In this document: positions 12,001-25,300 of the stretch, piece by piece
Layout of the letters: each line of letters starts with the position of its first letter
Position numbering within the stretch: position 1 is the stretch's first letter
NCBI RefSeq assembly: GCF_009914755.1
Contig: NC_060946.1
DNA: 64,000 bases
Strand: one strand, 5' to 3'
Source: the human T2T-CHM13v2.0 reference genome, Homo sapiens
Made by a program: the position numbers and the translations under genes
Notes under the pieces: generated by a model
What the model was told of the DNA's origin: nothing
Database searches by the model: none
The model's input: the letters and a program-made list of their open reading frames with translations, nothing else

Positions 12001-15000
12001 AAAGATCCATCTCTGTTAGCTGAGTTCACACATCACAAACAAGTTTATGAGAATGCTTCTGTCTAGTTTTTATTTGAAGATATTTCCTTTCTCACCATAG
12101 AGCTGAAAGCTGTCCTAATGTTCACTTCCAGATACTACAGAAAGAGTGTTTCAAAACTGCTGTACGAAAGGGAATGTTCAACTCTGTGACTTGAATGCAC
12201 ACATCACAAAGAAGATTCTGAGGATGCTGCTGTCTACTTTTTATACGTAATCCCGTTTCCAACGAAATCCTCCAAGCTATCCAAATATCCACTTGCAGAT
12301 TCCACAGAAAGACTGTTTCAAAACTGCTCTGTCAATAGAAAGGTTCAACTCTGTTAACTGCGTGCATATATCCCAAAGAAGATTCTGAGATTGCTTCTGT
12401 CTAGTTTTTATGGGAAGATATTTCCCTTTTCACCGTAGGCGTCAAGGCGCTCCAAATGTCCACTTCCAGATACTACAAAAAGAGTGTTTCAAACCTACTC
12501 TGTGAAAGGGAATATTCAACTCTGTGACTTGAATGCACATATCACAAAGAAGTTTCTGAGAATGCTTCTGTCGAGATTTTATATGAAGATATTCCCGTTT
12601 CCAACGAAATCCTGAAATCTATCCAAATATCCCCTCGCAGATTCTACAAAAAGAGTGTTTCAAAACTGCTCTGTAAAAAGAAAGGTTCAACTCTGTTAGT
12701 TGAGTACACACATCACAAACAAGTTTCACAGAATGCTTCTTTCTAGCTTGTAGGGGAAGATATTCCCTTTATCACCATGGGCCTCCAACCGTCCGAAATA
12801 TCCACTTCCATATACTACAAAAAGAGCGTTTCAAACCTGCTCTATGAAAGGCAATGTTCAACTCTGTGACTTGAATGCAGACATCACAGAGCAGTTTCTG
12901 AGAATGCTTCTGTCTAGATTTTATAGGAAGATATTCCCGTTTCCAACGAAATCTTCACAGCTATCCAAATATCCACTTGCAGATTCTACAAAAAGAGTGT
13001 ATCAAAACTGCTCTGTCAAAAGGAAGGTTCTTCTCTGTTAGGTGAGTGCATACGTCATAAAGGAGTTTCTGAGAATGTTTCTGTCTAGTGGTTATGGGAA
13101 GATATTTGCTTTTTCACCGTAGGCCTCAGAGCGCTCCAAATATCCACTTGCACATACTACAAAAAGTGTGCCTCAAAGCTGCTCTCTGAAACGGAATGTT
13201 CAACTCTATGAGTTGAATGCAAACATCACAAAGACGTTTCTGAGAATGCTTCTGTCAAAATTTGATATGAAGATATTCCCGTTTCCAACGAAATCTTCAA
13301 ATCTATCCAAATGTCCACTTGCAGATTCAACAAAAAGTGTTTTTCAGTACTGCTCTATCAAAAGAAAGATCCACCTCTGTTAGCAGAGTTCACACATCAC
13401 AAACAAGTTTATGAGAATGCTTCTGTCTAGTTTTTATTTGAAGATATTTCCTTTCTCACCATAGACCTGAAAGCTGTCCTAATGTTCACTTCCAGATACT
13501 ACAGAAAGAGTGTTTCAAAACTGCTGTACGAAAGGGAATGTTCAACTCTGTGACTTGAATGCACACATCACAAAGAAGTTTCTGAGGATGCTGCTGTCTA
13601 CTTTTTATACGTAATCCCGTTTCCAACGAAATCCTCCAAGCTATCCAAATATCCATTTGCAGATTCCACAGAAAGACTGTTTCAAAACTGCTCTGTCAAT
13701 AGAAAGGTTCAACTCTGTTAGCTGCGTGCATATATCCCAAAGAAGATTCTGAGATTGCTTCTGTCTAGTTTTTATGGGAAGATATTTCCCTTTTCACCGT
13801 AGGCGTCAAGGCGCTCCAAATGTCCACTTCCAGATACTACAAAAAGAGTATTTCAAACCTACTCTGTGAAAGGGAATATTCAACTCTGTGACTTGAATGC
13901 ACATATCACAAAGAAGTTTCTGAGAATGTTTCTGTCGAGATTTTATATGAAGATATTCCCGTTTCCAACGAAATCCTGAAATCTATCCAAATATCCCCTC
14001 GCAGATTCTACAAAAAGAGTGTTTCAAAACTGCTCTGTAAAAAGAAAGGTTCAACTCTGTTAGTTGAGTACACACATCACAAACAAGTTTCACAGAATGC
14101 TTCTTTCTAGCTTGTAGGGGAAGATATTCCCTTTATCACCATGGGCCTCAAACCGTCCGAAACGTCCACTTCCATATACTACAAAAAGAGCGTTTCAAAC
14201 CTGCTCTAGGAAAGGCAATGTTCAACTCTGTGACTTGAATGCAGACATCACAGAGCAGTTTCTGAGAATGCTTCTGTCTAGATTTTATAGGAAGATATTC
14301 CCGTTTCCAACGAAATCTTCACAGCTATCCCAATATCCACTTGCAGATTCTACAAAAAGAGTGTATCAAAACTGCTCTGTGAAAAGGAAGGTTCTTCTCT
14401 GTTAGGTGAGTGCATACGTCATAAAGGAGTTTCTGAGAATGTTTCTGTCTAGTGGTTATGGGAAGATATTTGCTTTTTCACCGTAGGCCTCAGAGCGCTC
14501 CAAATATCCACTTGCACATACTACAAAAAGAGTGCCTCAAAGCTGCTCTCTGAAACGGAATGTTCAACTCTATGAGTTGAATGCAAACATCACAACGACG
14601 TTTCTGAGAATGCTTCTGTCTAGATTTGATATGAAGATATTCCCGTTACCAACGAAATCTTCAAATCTATCCAAATGTCCACTTGCAGATTCAACAAAAA
14701 GTGTTTTTCAGAACTGCTCTATCAAAAGAAAGATCCACCTCTGTTAGCTGAGTTCACACATCACAAACAAGTTTATGAGAATGCTTCTGTCTAGTTTTTA
14801 TTTGAAGATATTTCCTTTCTCACCATAGACCTGAAAGCTGTCCTAATGTTCACTTCCAGATACTACATAAAGAGTGTTTCAACACTGCTGTATGAAAGGG
14901 AATGTTCAACTCTGTGACTTGAATGCACACATCACAAAGAAGTTTCTGAGGATGCTGCTGTCTACTTTTTATACGTAATCCCGTTTCCAACGAAATCCTC

Positions 15001-15895
15001 CAAGCTATCCAAATATCCACTTGCAGATTCCACAGAAAGACTGTTTCAAAACTGCTCTGTCAATAGAAAGGTTCAACTCTGTTAGCTTCGTGCATATATC
15101 CCAAAGAAGATTCTGAGATTGCTTCTGTCTAGTTTTTATGGGAAGATATTTCCCTTTTCACCGTAGGTGTCAAGGCGCTCCAAATGTCCACTTAAAGATA
15201 CTACAAAAAGAGTGTTTCAAACCTACTCTGTGAAAGGGAATATTCAACTCTGTGACTTGAATGCAGATATCACAAAGAAGTTTCTGAGAATGCTTCTGTC
15301 GAGATTTTATATGAAGATATTCCCGTTTCCAAGGAAATCCTGAAATCTATCCAAATATCCCCTCGCAGATTCTACAGAAAGAGTGGTTCAAAACTGCTCT
15401 GTAAAACGAAAGGTTCAACTCTGCTAGTTGAGTACACACATCACAAACAAGTTTCACAGAATGCTTCTTTCTAGCTTGTAGGGGAAGATATTCCCTTTAT
15501 CACCATGGGCCTCAAACCGTCCGAAACTTCTACTTCCATATACTACAAAAAGAGAGATTCAAACCTGCTCTAGGAAAGGCAATGTTCAACTCTGTGACTT
15601 GAATGCAGACATCACAGAGCAGTTTCTGAGAATGCTTCTGTCTAGATTTTATAGGAAGGTATTCCCGTTTCCAACGAAATCTTCACAGCTATCCAAATAT
15701 CCACTTGCAGATAGTACAAAAAGAGTGTATCAAAACTGCTCTGTCAAAAGGAAGGTCCTTCTCTGTTATTTGAGTATATACGTCATAAAGGGGTTTCTGA
15801 GAATGTTTCTGTCTAGTGGTTATGGGAAGATATTTGCTTTTTCACCGAAGGCCTCAGAGCGCTCCAAATATCCACTTGCACATACTACAAAAAGA

Positions 15896-18800
15896 GTGCT
15901 TCAAATCTGCTCTCTGAAAGGGAATGTTCAACTCTATGAGTTGAATGCAAACATCGCAAAGACGTTTCTGAGAATGCTTCTGTCTAGATTTGATATGAAG
16001 ATATTCCCGTTTCCAACGAAATCTTCAAATCTATCCAAATGTCCACTTGCAGATTCAACAAAAAGTGTTTTTCAGAACTGTTCTATCAAAAGAAAGATCC
16101 ACCTCTCTTAGCTGAGTTCACACATCACAAACAAGTTTATGAGAATGCTTCTGTCTAGTTTTTATTTGAAGATATTTCCTTTCTCACCATAGAGCTGAAA
16201 GCTGTCCTAATGTTCACTTCCAGATGCTACAGAAAGAGTGTTTCAAAACTGCTGTACGAAAGGGTATGTTCAACTCTGTGACTTGAATGCACACATCACA
16301 AAGAAGTTTCTAAGGATGCTGCTGTCTACTTTTTATACGTAATCCCGTTTCCAACGAAATCCTCCAAGCTATCCAAATACCACTTGCAGATTCCACAGAA
16401 AGACTGTTTCAAAACTGCTCTGTCAATAGAAAGGTTCAACTCTGTTAGCTGCGTGCATATATCCCAAAGAAGATTCTGAGATTGCTTCTGTCTAGTTTTT
16501 ATGGGAAGATATTTCCCTTTTCACTGTAGGCGTCAAGGCGCTCCAAATGTCCACTTCCAGATACTACAAAAAGAGTGTTTCAAACCTACTCTGTGAAACG
16601 GAATATTCAACTCTGTGACTTGAATGCAGATATCACAAAGAAGTTTCTGAGAATGCTTCTGTCTAGATTTTATAGGAAGATATTCCCGTTTCCAACGAAA
16701 TCTTCACAGCTATCCAAATATCCACTTGCAGATTCTACAAAAAGAGTGTATCAAAACTGCTCTGTCAAAAGGAAGGTTCTTCTCTGTTAGGTGAGTGCAT
16801 ACGTCATAAAGGAGTTTCTGAGAATGTTTCTGTCTAGTGGTTATGGGAAGATATTTGCTTTTTCACCGTAGGCCTCAGAGCTCTCCAAATATCCACTTGC
16901 ACATACTACAAAAAGTGTGCCTCAAAGCTGCTCTCTGAAACGGAATGTTCAACTCTATGAGTTGAATGCAAACATCACAAAGACGTTTCTGAGAATGCTT
17001 CTGTCTAGATTTGATATGAAGATATTCCCGTTTCCAACGAAATCTTCAAATCTATCGAAATGTCCACTTGCAGATTCAACAAAAAGTGTTTTTCAGAACT
17101 GCTCTATCAAAAGAAAGATCCACCTCTGTTAGCTGAGTTCACACATCACAAACAAGTTTATGAGAATGCTTCTGTCTAGTTTTTATTTGAAGATATTTCC
17201 TTTCTCACCATAGACCTGAAAGCTGTCCTAATGTTCACTTCCAGATACTACAGAAAGAGTGTTTCAAAACTGCTGTACGAAAGGGAATGTTCAACTCTGT
17301 GACTTGAATGCACACATCACAAAGAAGTTTCTGAGGATGCTGCTGTCTACTTTTTATACGTAATCCCGTTTCCAACGAAATCCTCCAAGCTATCCAAATA
17401 TCCACTTGCAGATTCCACAGAAAGACTGTTTCAAAACTGCTCTGTCAATAGAAAGGTTCAACTCGGTTAGCTGCGTGCATATATCCCAAAGAAGATTCTG
17501 AGATTGCTTCTGTCTAGTTTTTATGGGAAGATATTTCCCTTTTCACTGTAGGCGTCAAGGCGCTCCAAATGTCCACTTCCAGATACTACAAAAAGAGTGT
17601 TTCAAACCTACTCTGTGAAAGGGAATATTCAACTCTGTGACTTGAATGCAGATATCACAAAGAAGTTTCTGAGAATGCTTCTGTCTAGATTTTATAGGAA
17701 GATATTCCCGTTTCCAACGAAATCTTCACAGCTATCCAAATATCCACTTGCAGATTCTACAAAAAGAGTGTATCAAAACTGCTCTGTCAAAAGGAAGGTT
17801 CTTCTCTGTTAGGTGAGTGCATACTTCATAAAGGAGTTTCTGAGAATGTTTCTGTCTAGTGGTTATGGGAAGATATTTGCTTTTTCACCGTAGGCCTCAG
17901 AGCGCTCCAAATATCCACTTGCACATACTACAAAAAGTGTGCCTCAAAGCTGCTCTCTGAAACGGAATGTTCAACTCTATGAGTTGAATGCAAACATCAC
18001 AAAGACGTTTCTGAAAATGCTTCTGTCTAGATTTGATATGAAGATATTCCCGTTTCCAACGAAATCTTCAAATCTATCGAAATGTCCACTTGCAGATTCA
18101 ACAAAAAGTGTTTTTCAGAACTGCTCTATCAAAAGAAAGATCCACCTCTGTTAGCTGAGTTCACACATCACAAACAAGTTTATGAGAATGTTTCTGTCTA
18201 GTTTTTATTTGAAGATATTTCCTTTCTCACCATAGACCTGAAAGCTGTCCTAATGTTCACTTCCAGATACTACAGAAAGAGTGTTTCAAAACTGCTGTAC
18301 GAAAGGGAATGTTCAACTCTGTGACTTGAATGCACACATCACAAAGAAGTTTCTGAGGATGCTGCTGTCTACTTTTTATACATAATCCCGTTTCCAACGA
18401 AATCCTCCAAGCTATCCAAATATCCATTTGCAGATTCCACAGAAAGACTGTTTCAAAACTGCTCTGTCAATAGAAAGGTTCAACTCTGTTAGCTGCGTGC
18501 ATATATCCCAAAGAAGATTCTGAGATTGCTTCTGTCTAGTTTTTATGGGAAGATATTTCCCTTTTCACCGTAGGCGTCAAGGCGCTCCAAATGTCCACTT
18601 CCAGATACTACAAAAAGAGTGTTTCAAACCTACTCTGTGAAAGGGAATATTCAACTCTGTGACTTGAATGCAGATATCACAAAGAAGTTTCTGAGAATGC
18701 TTCTGTCTAGATTTTATAGGAAGATATTCCCGTTTCCAACGAAATCTTCACAGCTATCCCAATATCCACTTGCAGATTCTACAAAAAGAGTGTATCAAAA

Positions 18801-18960
18801 CTGCTCTGTCAAAAGGAAGGTTCTTCTCTGTTAGGTGAGTGCATACGTCATAAAGCAGTTTCTGAGAATGTTTCTGTCTAGTGGTTATGGGAAGATATTT
18901 GCTTTTTCACAGAAGGCCTCAGAGCGCTCCAAATATCCACTTGCACATACTACAAAAAGA
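15896..18960 (-). repeat. Three tandem 6-mer HOR variants (1021 + 1022 + 1022 bp)
   Basis: Anchors at 15896, 16917, 17939, 18961; junctions at 16642, 17664, 18686; the first unit also has a 1-bp deletion near 16380 (ccaaataccacttg). Confidence 0.93.
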
Positions 18961-20324
18961 GTGCCTCAAAGCTGCTCTCTGAAACGTAATGTTCAACTTT
19001 ATGAGTTGAATGCAAACATCACAAAGACGTTTCTGAGAATGCTTCTGTCTAGATTTGATATGAAGATATTCCCGTTTCCAACGAAATCTTCAAATCTATC
19101 CAAATGTCCATTTGCAGATTCAACAAAAAGTGTTTTTCAGATCTGCTCTATCAAAAGAAAGATCCATCTCTGTTAGCTGAGTTCACACATCACAAACAAG
19201 TTTATGAGAATGCTTCTGTCTAGTTTTTATTTGAAGATATTTCCTTTCTCACCATAGACCTGAAAGCTGTCCTAATGTTCACTTCCAGATACTACAGAAA
19301 GAGTGTTTCAAAACTGCTGTACGAAAGGGAATGTTCAACTCTGTGACTTGAATGCACACATCACAAAGAAGTTTCTGAGGATGCTGCTGTCTACTTTTTA
19401 TACGTAATCCCGTTTCCAACGAAATCCTCCAAGCTATCCAAATATCCACTTGGAGATTCCACAGAAAGACTGTTTCAAAACTGCTCTGTCAATAGAAAGG
19501 TTCAACTCTGTTAACTGCGTGCATATATCCCAAAGAAGATTCTGAGATTGCTTCTGTCTAGTTTTTATGGGAAGATATTTCCCTTTTCACCGTAGGCGTC
19601 AAGGCGCTCCAAATGTCCACTTCCAGATACTACAAAAAGAGTGTTTCAAACCTACTCTGTGAAAGGGAATATTCAACTCTGTGACTTGAATGCACATATC
19701 ACAAAGAAGTTTCTGAGAATGCTTCTGTCGAGATTTTATATGAAGATATTCCCGTTTCCAACGAAATCCTGAAATCTATCCAAATATCCCCTCGCAGATT
19801 CTACAAAAAGAGTGTTTCAAAACTGCTCTGTAAAAAGAAAGGTTCAACTCTGTTAGTTGAGTACACACTTCACAAACAAGTTTCACAGAATGCTTCTTTC
19901 TAGCTTGTAGGGGAAGATATTCCCTTTATCACCATGGGCCTCCAACCGTCCGAAACATCCACTTCCATATACTACAAAAAGAGCGTTTCAAACCTGCTCT
20001 ATGAAAGGCAATGTTCAACTCTGTGACTTGAATGCAGACATCACAGAGCAGTTTCTGAGAATGCTTCTGTCTAGATTTTATAGGAAGATATTCCCGTTTC
20101 CAACGAAATCTTCACAGATATCCAAATATCCACTTGCAGATTCTACAAAAAGAGTGTATCAAAACTGCTCTGTCAAAAGGAAGGTTCTTCTCTGTTAGGT
20201 GAGTGCATACGTCATAAAGGAGTTTCTGAGAATGTTTCTGTCTAGTGGTTATGGGAAGATATTTGCTTTTTCACCGTAGGCCTCAGAGCGCTCCAAATAT
20301 CCACTTGCACATACTACAAAAAGA

Positions 20325-22368
20325 GTGCCTCAAAGCTGCTCTCTGAAACGGAATGTTCAACTCTATGAGTTGAATGCAAACATCGCAAAGACGTTTCTGA
20401 GAATGCTTCTGTCTAGATTTGATATGAAGATATTCCCGTTTCCAACGAAATCTTCAAATCTATCCAAATGTCCACTTGCAGATTCAACAAAAAGTGTTTT
20501 TCAGAACTGCTCTATCAAAAGAAAGATCCACCTCTGTTAGCTGAGTTCACACATCACAAACAAGTTTATGAGAATGCTTCTGTCTAGTTTTTATTTGAAG
20601 ATATTTCCTTTCTCACCATAGACCTGAAAGCTGTCCTAATGTTCACTTCCAGATACTACAGAAAGAGTGTTTCAAAACTGCTGTACGAAAGGGAATGTTC
20701 AACTCTGTGACTTGAATGCACACATCACAAAGAAGTTTCTGAGGATGCTGCTGTCTACTTTTTATACGTAATCCCGTTTCCAACGAAATCCTCCAAGCTA
20801 TCCAAATATCCACTTGCAGATTCCACAGAAAGACTGTTTCAAAACTGCTCTGTCAATAGAAAGGTTCAACTCTGTTAGCTGCGTGCATATATCCCAAAGA
20901 AGATTCTGAGATTGCTTCTGTCTAGTTTTTATGGGAAGATATTTCCCTTTTCACTGTAGGCGTCAAGGCGCTCCAAATGTCCACTTCCAGATACTACAAA
21001 AAGAGTGTTTCAAACCTACTCTGTGAAAGGGAATATTCAACTCTGTGACTTGAATGCAGATATCACAAAGAAGTTTCTGAGAATGCTTCTGTCTAGATTT
21101 TATAGGAAGATATTCCCGTTTCCAACGAAATCTTCACAGCTATCCAAATATCCACTTGCAGATTCTACAAAAAGAGTGTATCAAAACTGCTCTGTCAAAA
21201 GGAAGGTTCTTCTCTGTTAGGTGAGTGCATACGTCATAAAGGAGTTTCTGAGAATGTTTCTGTCTAGTGGTTATGGGAAGATATTTGCTTTTTCACCGTA
21301 GGCCTCAGAGCTCTCCAAATATCCACTTGCACATACTACAAAAAGTGTGCCTCAAAGCTGCTCTCTGAAACGGAATGTTCAACTCTATGAGTTGAATGCA
21401 AACATCACAAAGACGTTTCTGAGAATGCTTCTGTCTAGATTTGATATGAAGATATTCCCGTTTCCAACGAAATCTTCAAATCTATCGAAATGTCCACTTG
21501 CAGATTCAACAAAAAGTGTTTTTCAGAACTGCTCTATCAAAAGAAAGATCCACCTCTGTTAGCTGAGTTCACACATCACAAACAAGTTTATGAGAATGCT
21601 TCTGTCTAGTTTTTATTTGAAGATATTTCCTTTCTCACCATAGACCTGAAAGCTGTCCTAATGTTCACTTCCAGATACTACAGAAAGAGTGTTTCAAAAC
21701 TGCTGTACGAAAGGGAATGTTCAACTCTGTGACTTGAATGCACACATCACAAAGAAGTTTCTGAGGATGCTGCTGTCTACTTTTTATACGTAATCCCGTT
21801 TCCAACGAAATCCTCCAAGCTATCCAAATATCCACTTGCAGATTCCACAGAAAGACTGTTTCAAAACTGCTCTGTCAATAGAAAGGTTCAACTCTGTTAG
21901 CTGCGTGCATATATCCCAAAGAAGATTCTGAGATTGCTTCTGTCTAGTTTTTATGGGAAGATATTTCCCTTTTCACTGTAGGCGTCAAGGCGCTCCAAAT
22001 GTCCACTTCCAAATACTACAAAAAGAGTGTTTCAAACCTACTCTGTGAAAGGGAATATTCAACTCTGTGACTTGAATGCAGATATCACAAAGAAGTTTCT
22101 GAGAATGCTTCTGTCTAGATTTTATAGGAAGATATTCCCGTTTCCAACGAAATCTTCACAGCTATCCAAATATCCACTTGCAGATTCTACAAAAAGAGTG
22201 TATCAAAACTGCTCTGTCAAAAGGAAGGTTCTTCTCTGTTAGGTGAGTGCATACTTCATAAAGGAGTTTCTGAGAATGTTTCTGTCTAGTGGTTATGGGA
22301 AGATATTTGCTTTTTCACCGTAGGCCTCAGAGCGCTCCAAATATCCACTTGCACATACTACAAAAAGT
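20325..22368 (-). repeat. Two tandem 6-mer HOR variants
   Basis: Anchors at 20325, 21347, 22369; junctions at 21072 and 22094. Confidence 0.94.
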
Positions 22369-25300
22369 GTGCCTCAAAGCTGCTCTCTGAAACGGAATGT
22401 TCAACTCTATGAGTTGAATGCAAACATCACAAAGACGTTTCTGAAAATGCTTCTGTCTAGATTTGATATGAAGATATTCCCGTTTCCAACGAAATCTTCA
22501 AATCTATCCAAATGTCCACTTGCAGATTCAACAAAAAGTGTTTTTCAGAACTGCTCTATCAAAAGAAAGATCCACCTCTGTTAGCTGAGTTCACACATCA
22601 CAAACAAGTTTATGAGAATGCTTCTGTCTAGTTTTTATTTGAAGATATTTCCTTTCTCACCATAGACCTGAAAGCTGTCCTAATGTTCACTTCCAGATAC
22701 TACAGAAAGAGTGTTTCAAAACTGCTGTACGAAAGGGAATGTTCAACTCTGTGACTTGAATGCACACATCACAAAGAAGTTTCTGAGGATGCTGCTGTCT
22801 ACTTTTTATACATAATCCCGTTTCCAACGAAATCCTCCAAGCTATCCAAATATCCACTTGCAGATTCCACAGAAAGACTGTTTCAAAACTGCTCTGTCAA
22901 TAGAAAGGTTCAACTCTGTTAACTGCGTGCATATATCCCAAAGAAGATTCTGAGATTGCTTCTGTCTAGTTTTTATGGGAAGATATTTCCCTTTTCACCG
23001 TAGGCGTCAAGGCGCTCCAAATGTCCACTTCCAGATACTACAAAAAGAGTGTTTCAAACCTACTCTGTGAAAGGGAATATTGAACTCTGTGACTTGAATG
23101 CACATATCACAAAGAAGTTTCTGAGAATGCTTCTGTCGAGATTTTATATGAAGATATTCCCGTTTCCAACGAAATCCTGAAATCTATCCAAATATCCCCT
23201 CGCAGATTCTACAAAAAGAGTGTTTCAAAACTGCTCTGTAAAAAGAAAGGTTCAACTCTGTTAGTTGAGTACACACATCACAAACAAGTTTCACAGAATG
23301 CTTCTTTCTAGCTTGTAGGGGAAGATATTCCCTTTATCACCATGGGCCTCCAACCGTCCGAAACATCCACTTCCATATACTACAAAAAGAGCGTTTCAAA
23401 CCTGCTCTATGAAAGGCAATGTTCAACTCTGTGACTTGAATGCAGACATCACAGAGCAGTTTCTGAGAATGCTTCTGTCTAGATTTTATAGGAAGATATT
23501 CCCGTTTCCAACGAAATCTTCACAGCTATCCAAATATCCACTTGCAGATTCTACAAAAAGAGTGTATCAAAACTGCTCTGTCAAAAGGAAGGTTCTTCTC
23601 TGTTAGGTGAGTGCATACGTCATAAAGGAGTTTCTGAGAATGTTTCTGTCTAGTGGTTATGGGAAGATATTTGCTTTTTCACCGTAGGCCTCAGAGCGCT
23701 CCAAATATCCACTTGCACATACTACAAAAAGTGTGCCTCAAAGCTGCTCTCTGAAACGGAATGTTCAACTCTATGAGTTGAATGCAAACATCACAAAGAC
23801 GTTTCTGAGAATGCTTCTGTCAAAATTTGATATGAAGGTATTCCCGTTTCCAACGAAATCTTCAAATCTATCCAAATGTCCACTTGCAGATTCAACAAAA
23901 AGTGTTTTTCAGAACTGCTCTATCAAAAGAAAGATCCACCTCTGTTAGCAGAGTTCACACATCACAAACAAGTTTATGAGAATGCTTCTGTCTAGTTTTT
24001 ATTTGAAGATATTTCCTTTCTCACCATAGACCTGAAAGCTGTCCTAATGTTCACTTCCAGATACTACAGAAAGAGTGTTTCAAAACTGCTGTACGAAAGG
24101 GAATGTTCAACTCTGTGACTTGAATGCACACATCACAAAGAAGTTTCTGAGGATGCTGCTGTCTACTTTTTATACGTAATCCCGTTTCCAACGAAATCCT
24201 CCAAGCTATCCAAATATCCATTTGCAGATTCCACAGAAAGACTGTTTCAAAACTGCTCTGTCAATAGAAAGGTTCAACTCTGTTAGCTGCGTGCATATAT
24301 CCCAAAGAAGATTCTGAGATTGCTTCTGTCTAGTTTTTATGGGAAGATATTTCCCTTTTCACCGTAGGCGTCAAGGCGCTCCAAATGTCCACTTCCAGAT
24401 ACTACAAAAAGAGTGTTTCAAACCTACTCTGTGAAAGGGAATATTCAACTCTGTGACTTGAATGCACATATCACAAAGAAGTTTCTGAGAATGTTTCTGT
24501 CGAGATTTTATATGAAGATATTCCCGTTTCCAACGAAATCCTGAAATCTATCCAAATATCCCCTCGCAGATTCTACAAAAAGAGTGTTTCAAAACTGCTC
24601 TGTAAAAAGAAAGGTTCAACTCTGTTAGTTGAGTACACACATCACAAACAAGTTTCACAGAATGCTTCTTTCTAGCTTGTAGGGGAAGATATTCCCTTTA
24701 TCACCATGGGCCTCAAACCGTCCGAAACGTCCACTTCCATATACTACAAAAAGAGCGTTTCAAACCTGCTCTAGGAAAGGCAATGTTCAACTCTGTGACT
24801 TGAATGCAGACATCACAGAGCAGTTTCTGAGAATGCTTCTGTCTAGATTTTATAGGAAGATATTCCCGTTTCCAACGAAATCTTCACAGCTATCCCAATA
24901 TCCACTTGCAGATTCTACAAAAAGAGTGTATCAAAACTGCTCTGTCAAAAGGAAGGTTCTTCTCTGTTAGGTGAGTGCATACGTCATAAAGGAGTTTCTG
25001 AGAATGTTTCTGTCTAGTGGTTATGGGAAGATATTTGCTTTTTAACCGTAGGCCTCAGAGCGCTCCAAATATCCACTTGCACATACTACAAAAAGAGTGC
25101 CTCAAAGCTGCTCTCTGAAACGGAATGTTCAACTCTATGAGTTGAATGCAAACATCACAACGACGTTTCTGAGAATGCTTCTGTCTAGATTTGATATGAA
25201 GATATTCCCGTTACCAACGAAATCTTCAAATCTATCCAAATGTCCACTTGCAGATTCAACAAAAAGTGTTTTTCAGAACTGCTCTATCAAAAGAAAGATC

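Larger units (their letters stand above)
1..14850. repeat. 6478-bp super-repeat (38 monomers: four 8-mers + one 6-mer), ~2.3 tandem copies
   Basis: Private SNVs recur at +6478 (acagttatcc 1/6479; gtcaaaattt ~300/6778/13256; cgggatg ~2625/9103; atggggat ~4693/11171), and the ORF track repeats at +6478. Confidence 0.93.

Noticed and set aside
15599-16111. Longest ORF, 170 aa
   Set aside because: Chance read-through from stop-removing SNVs in the divergent HOR (171 is a multiple of 3); TTG start and no gene context.
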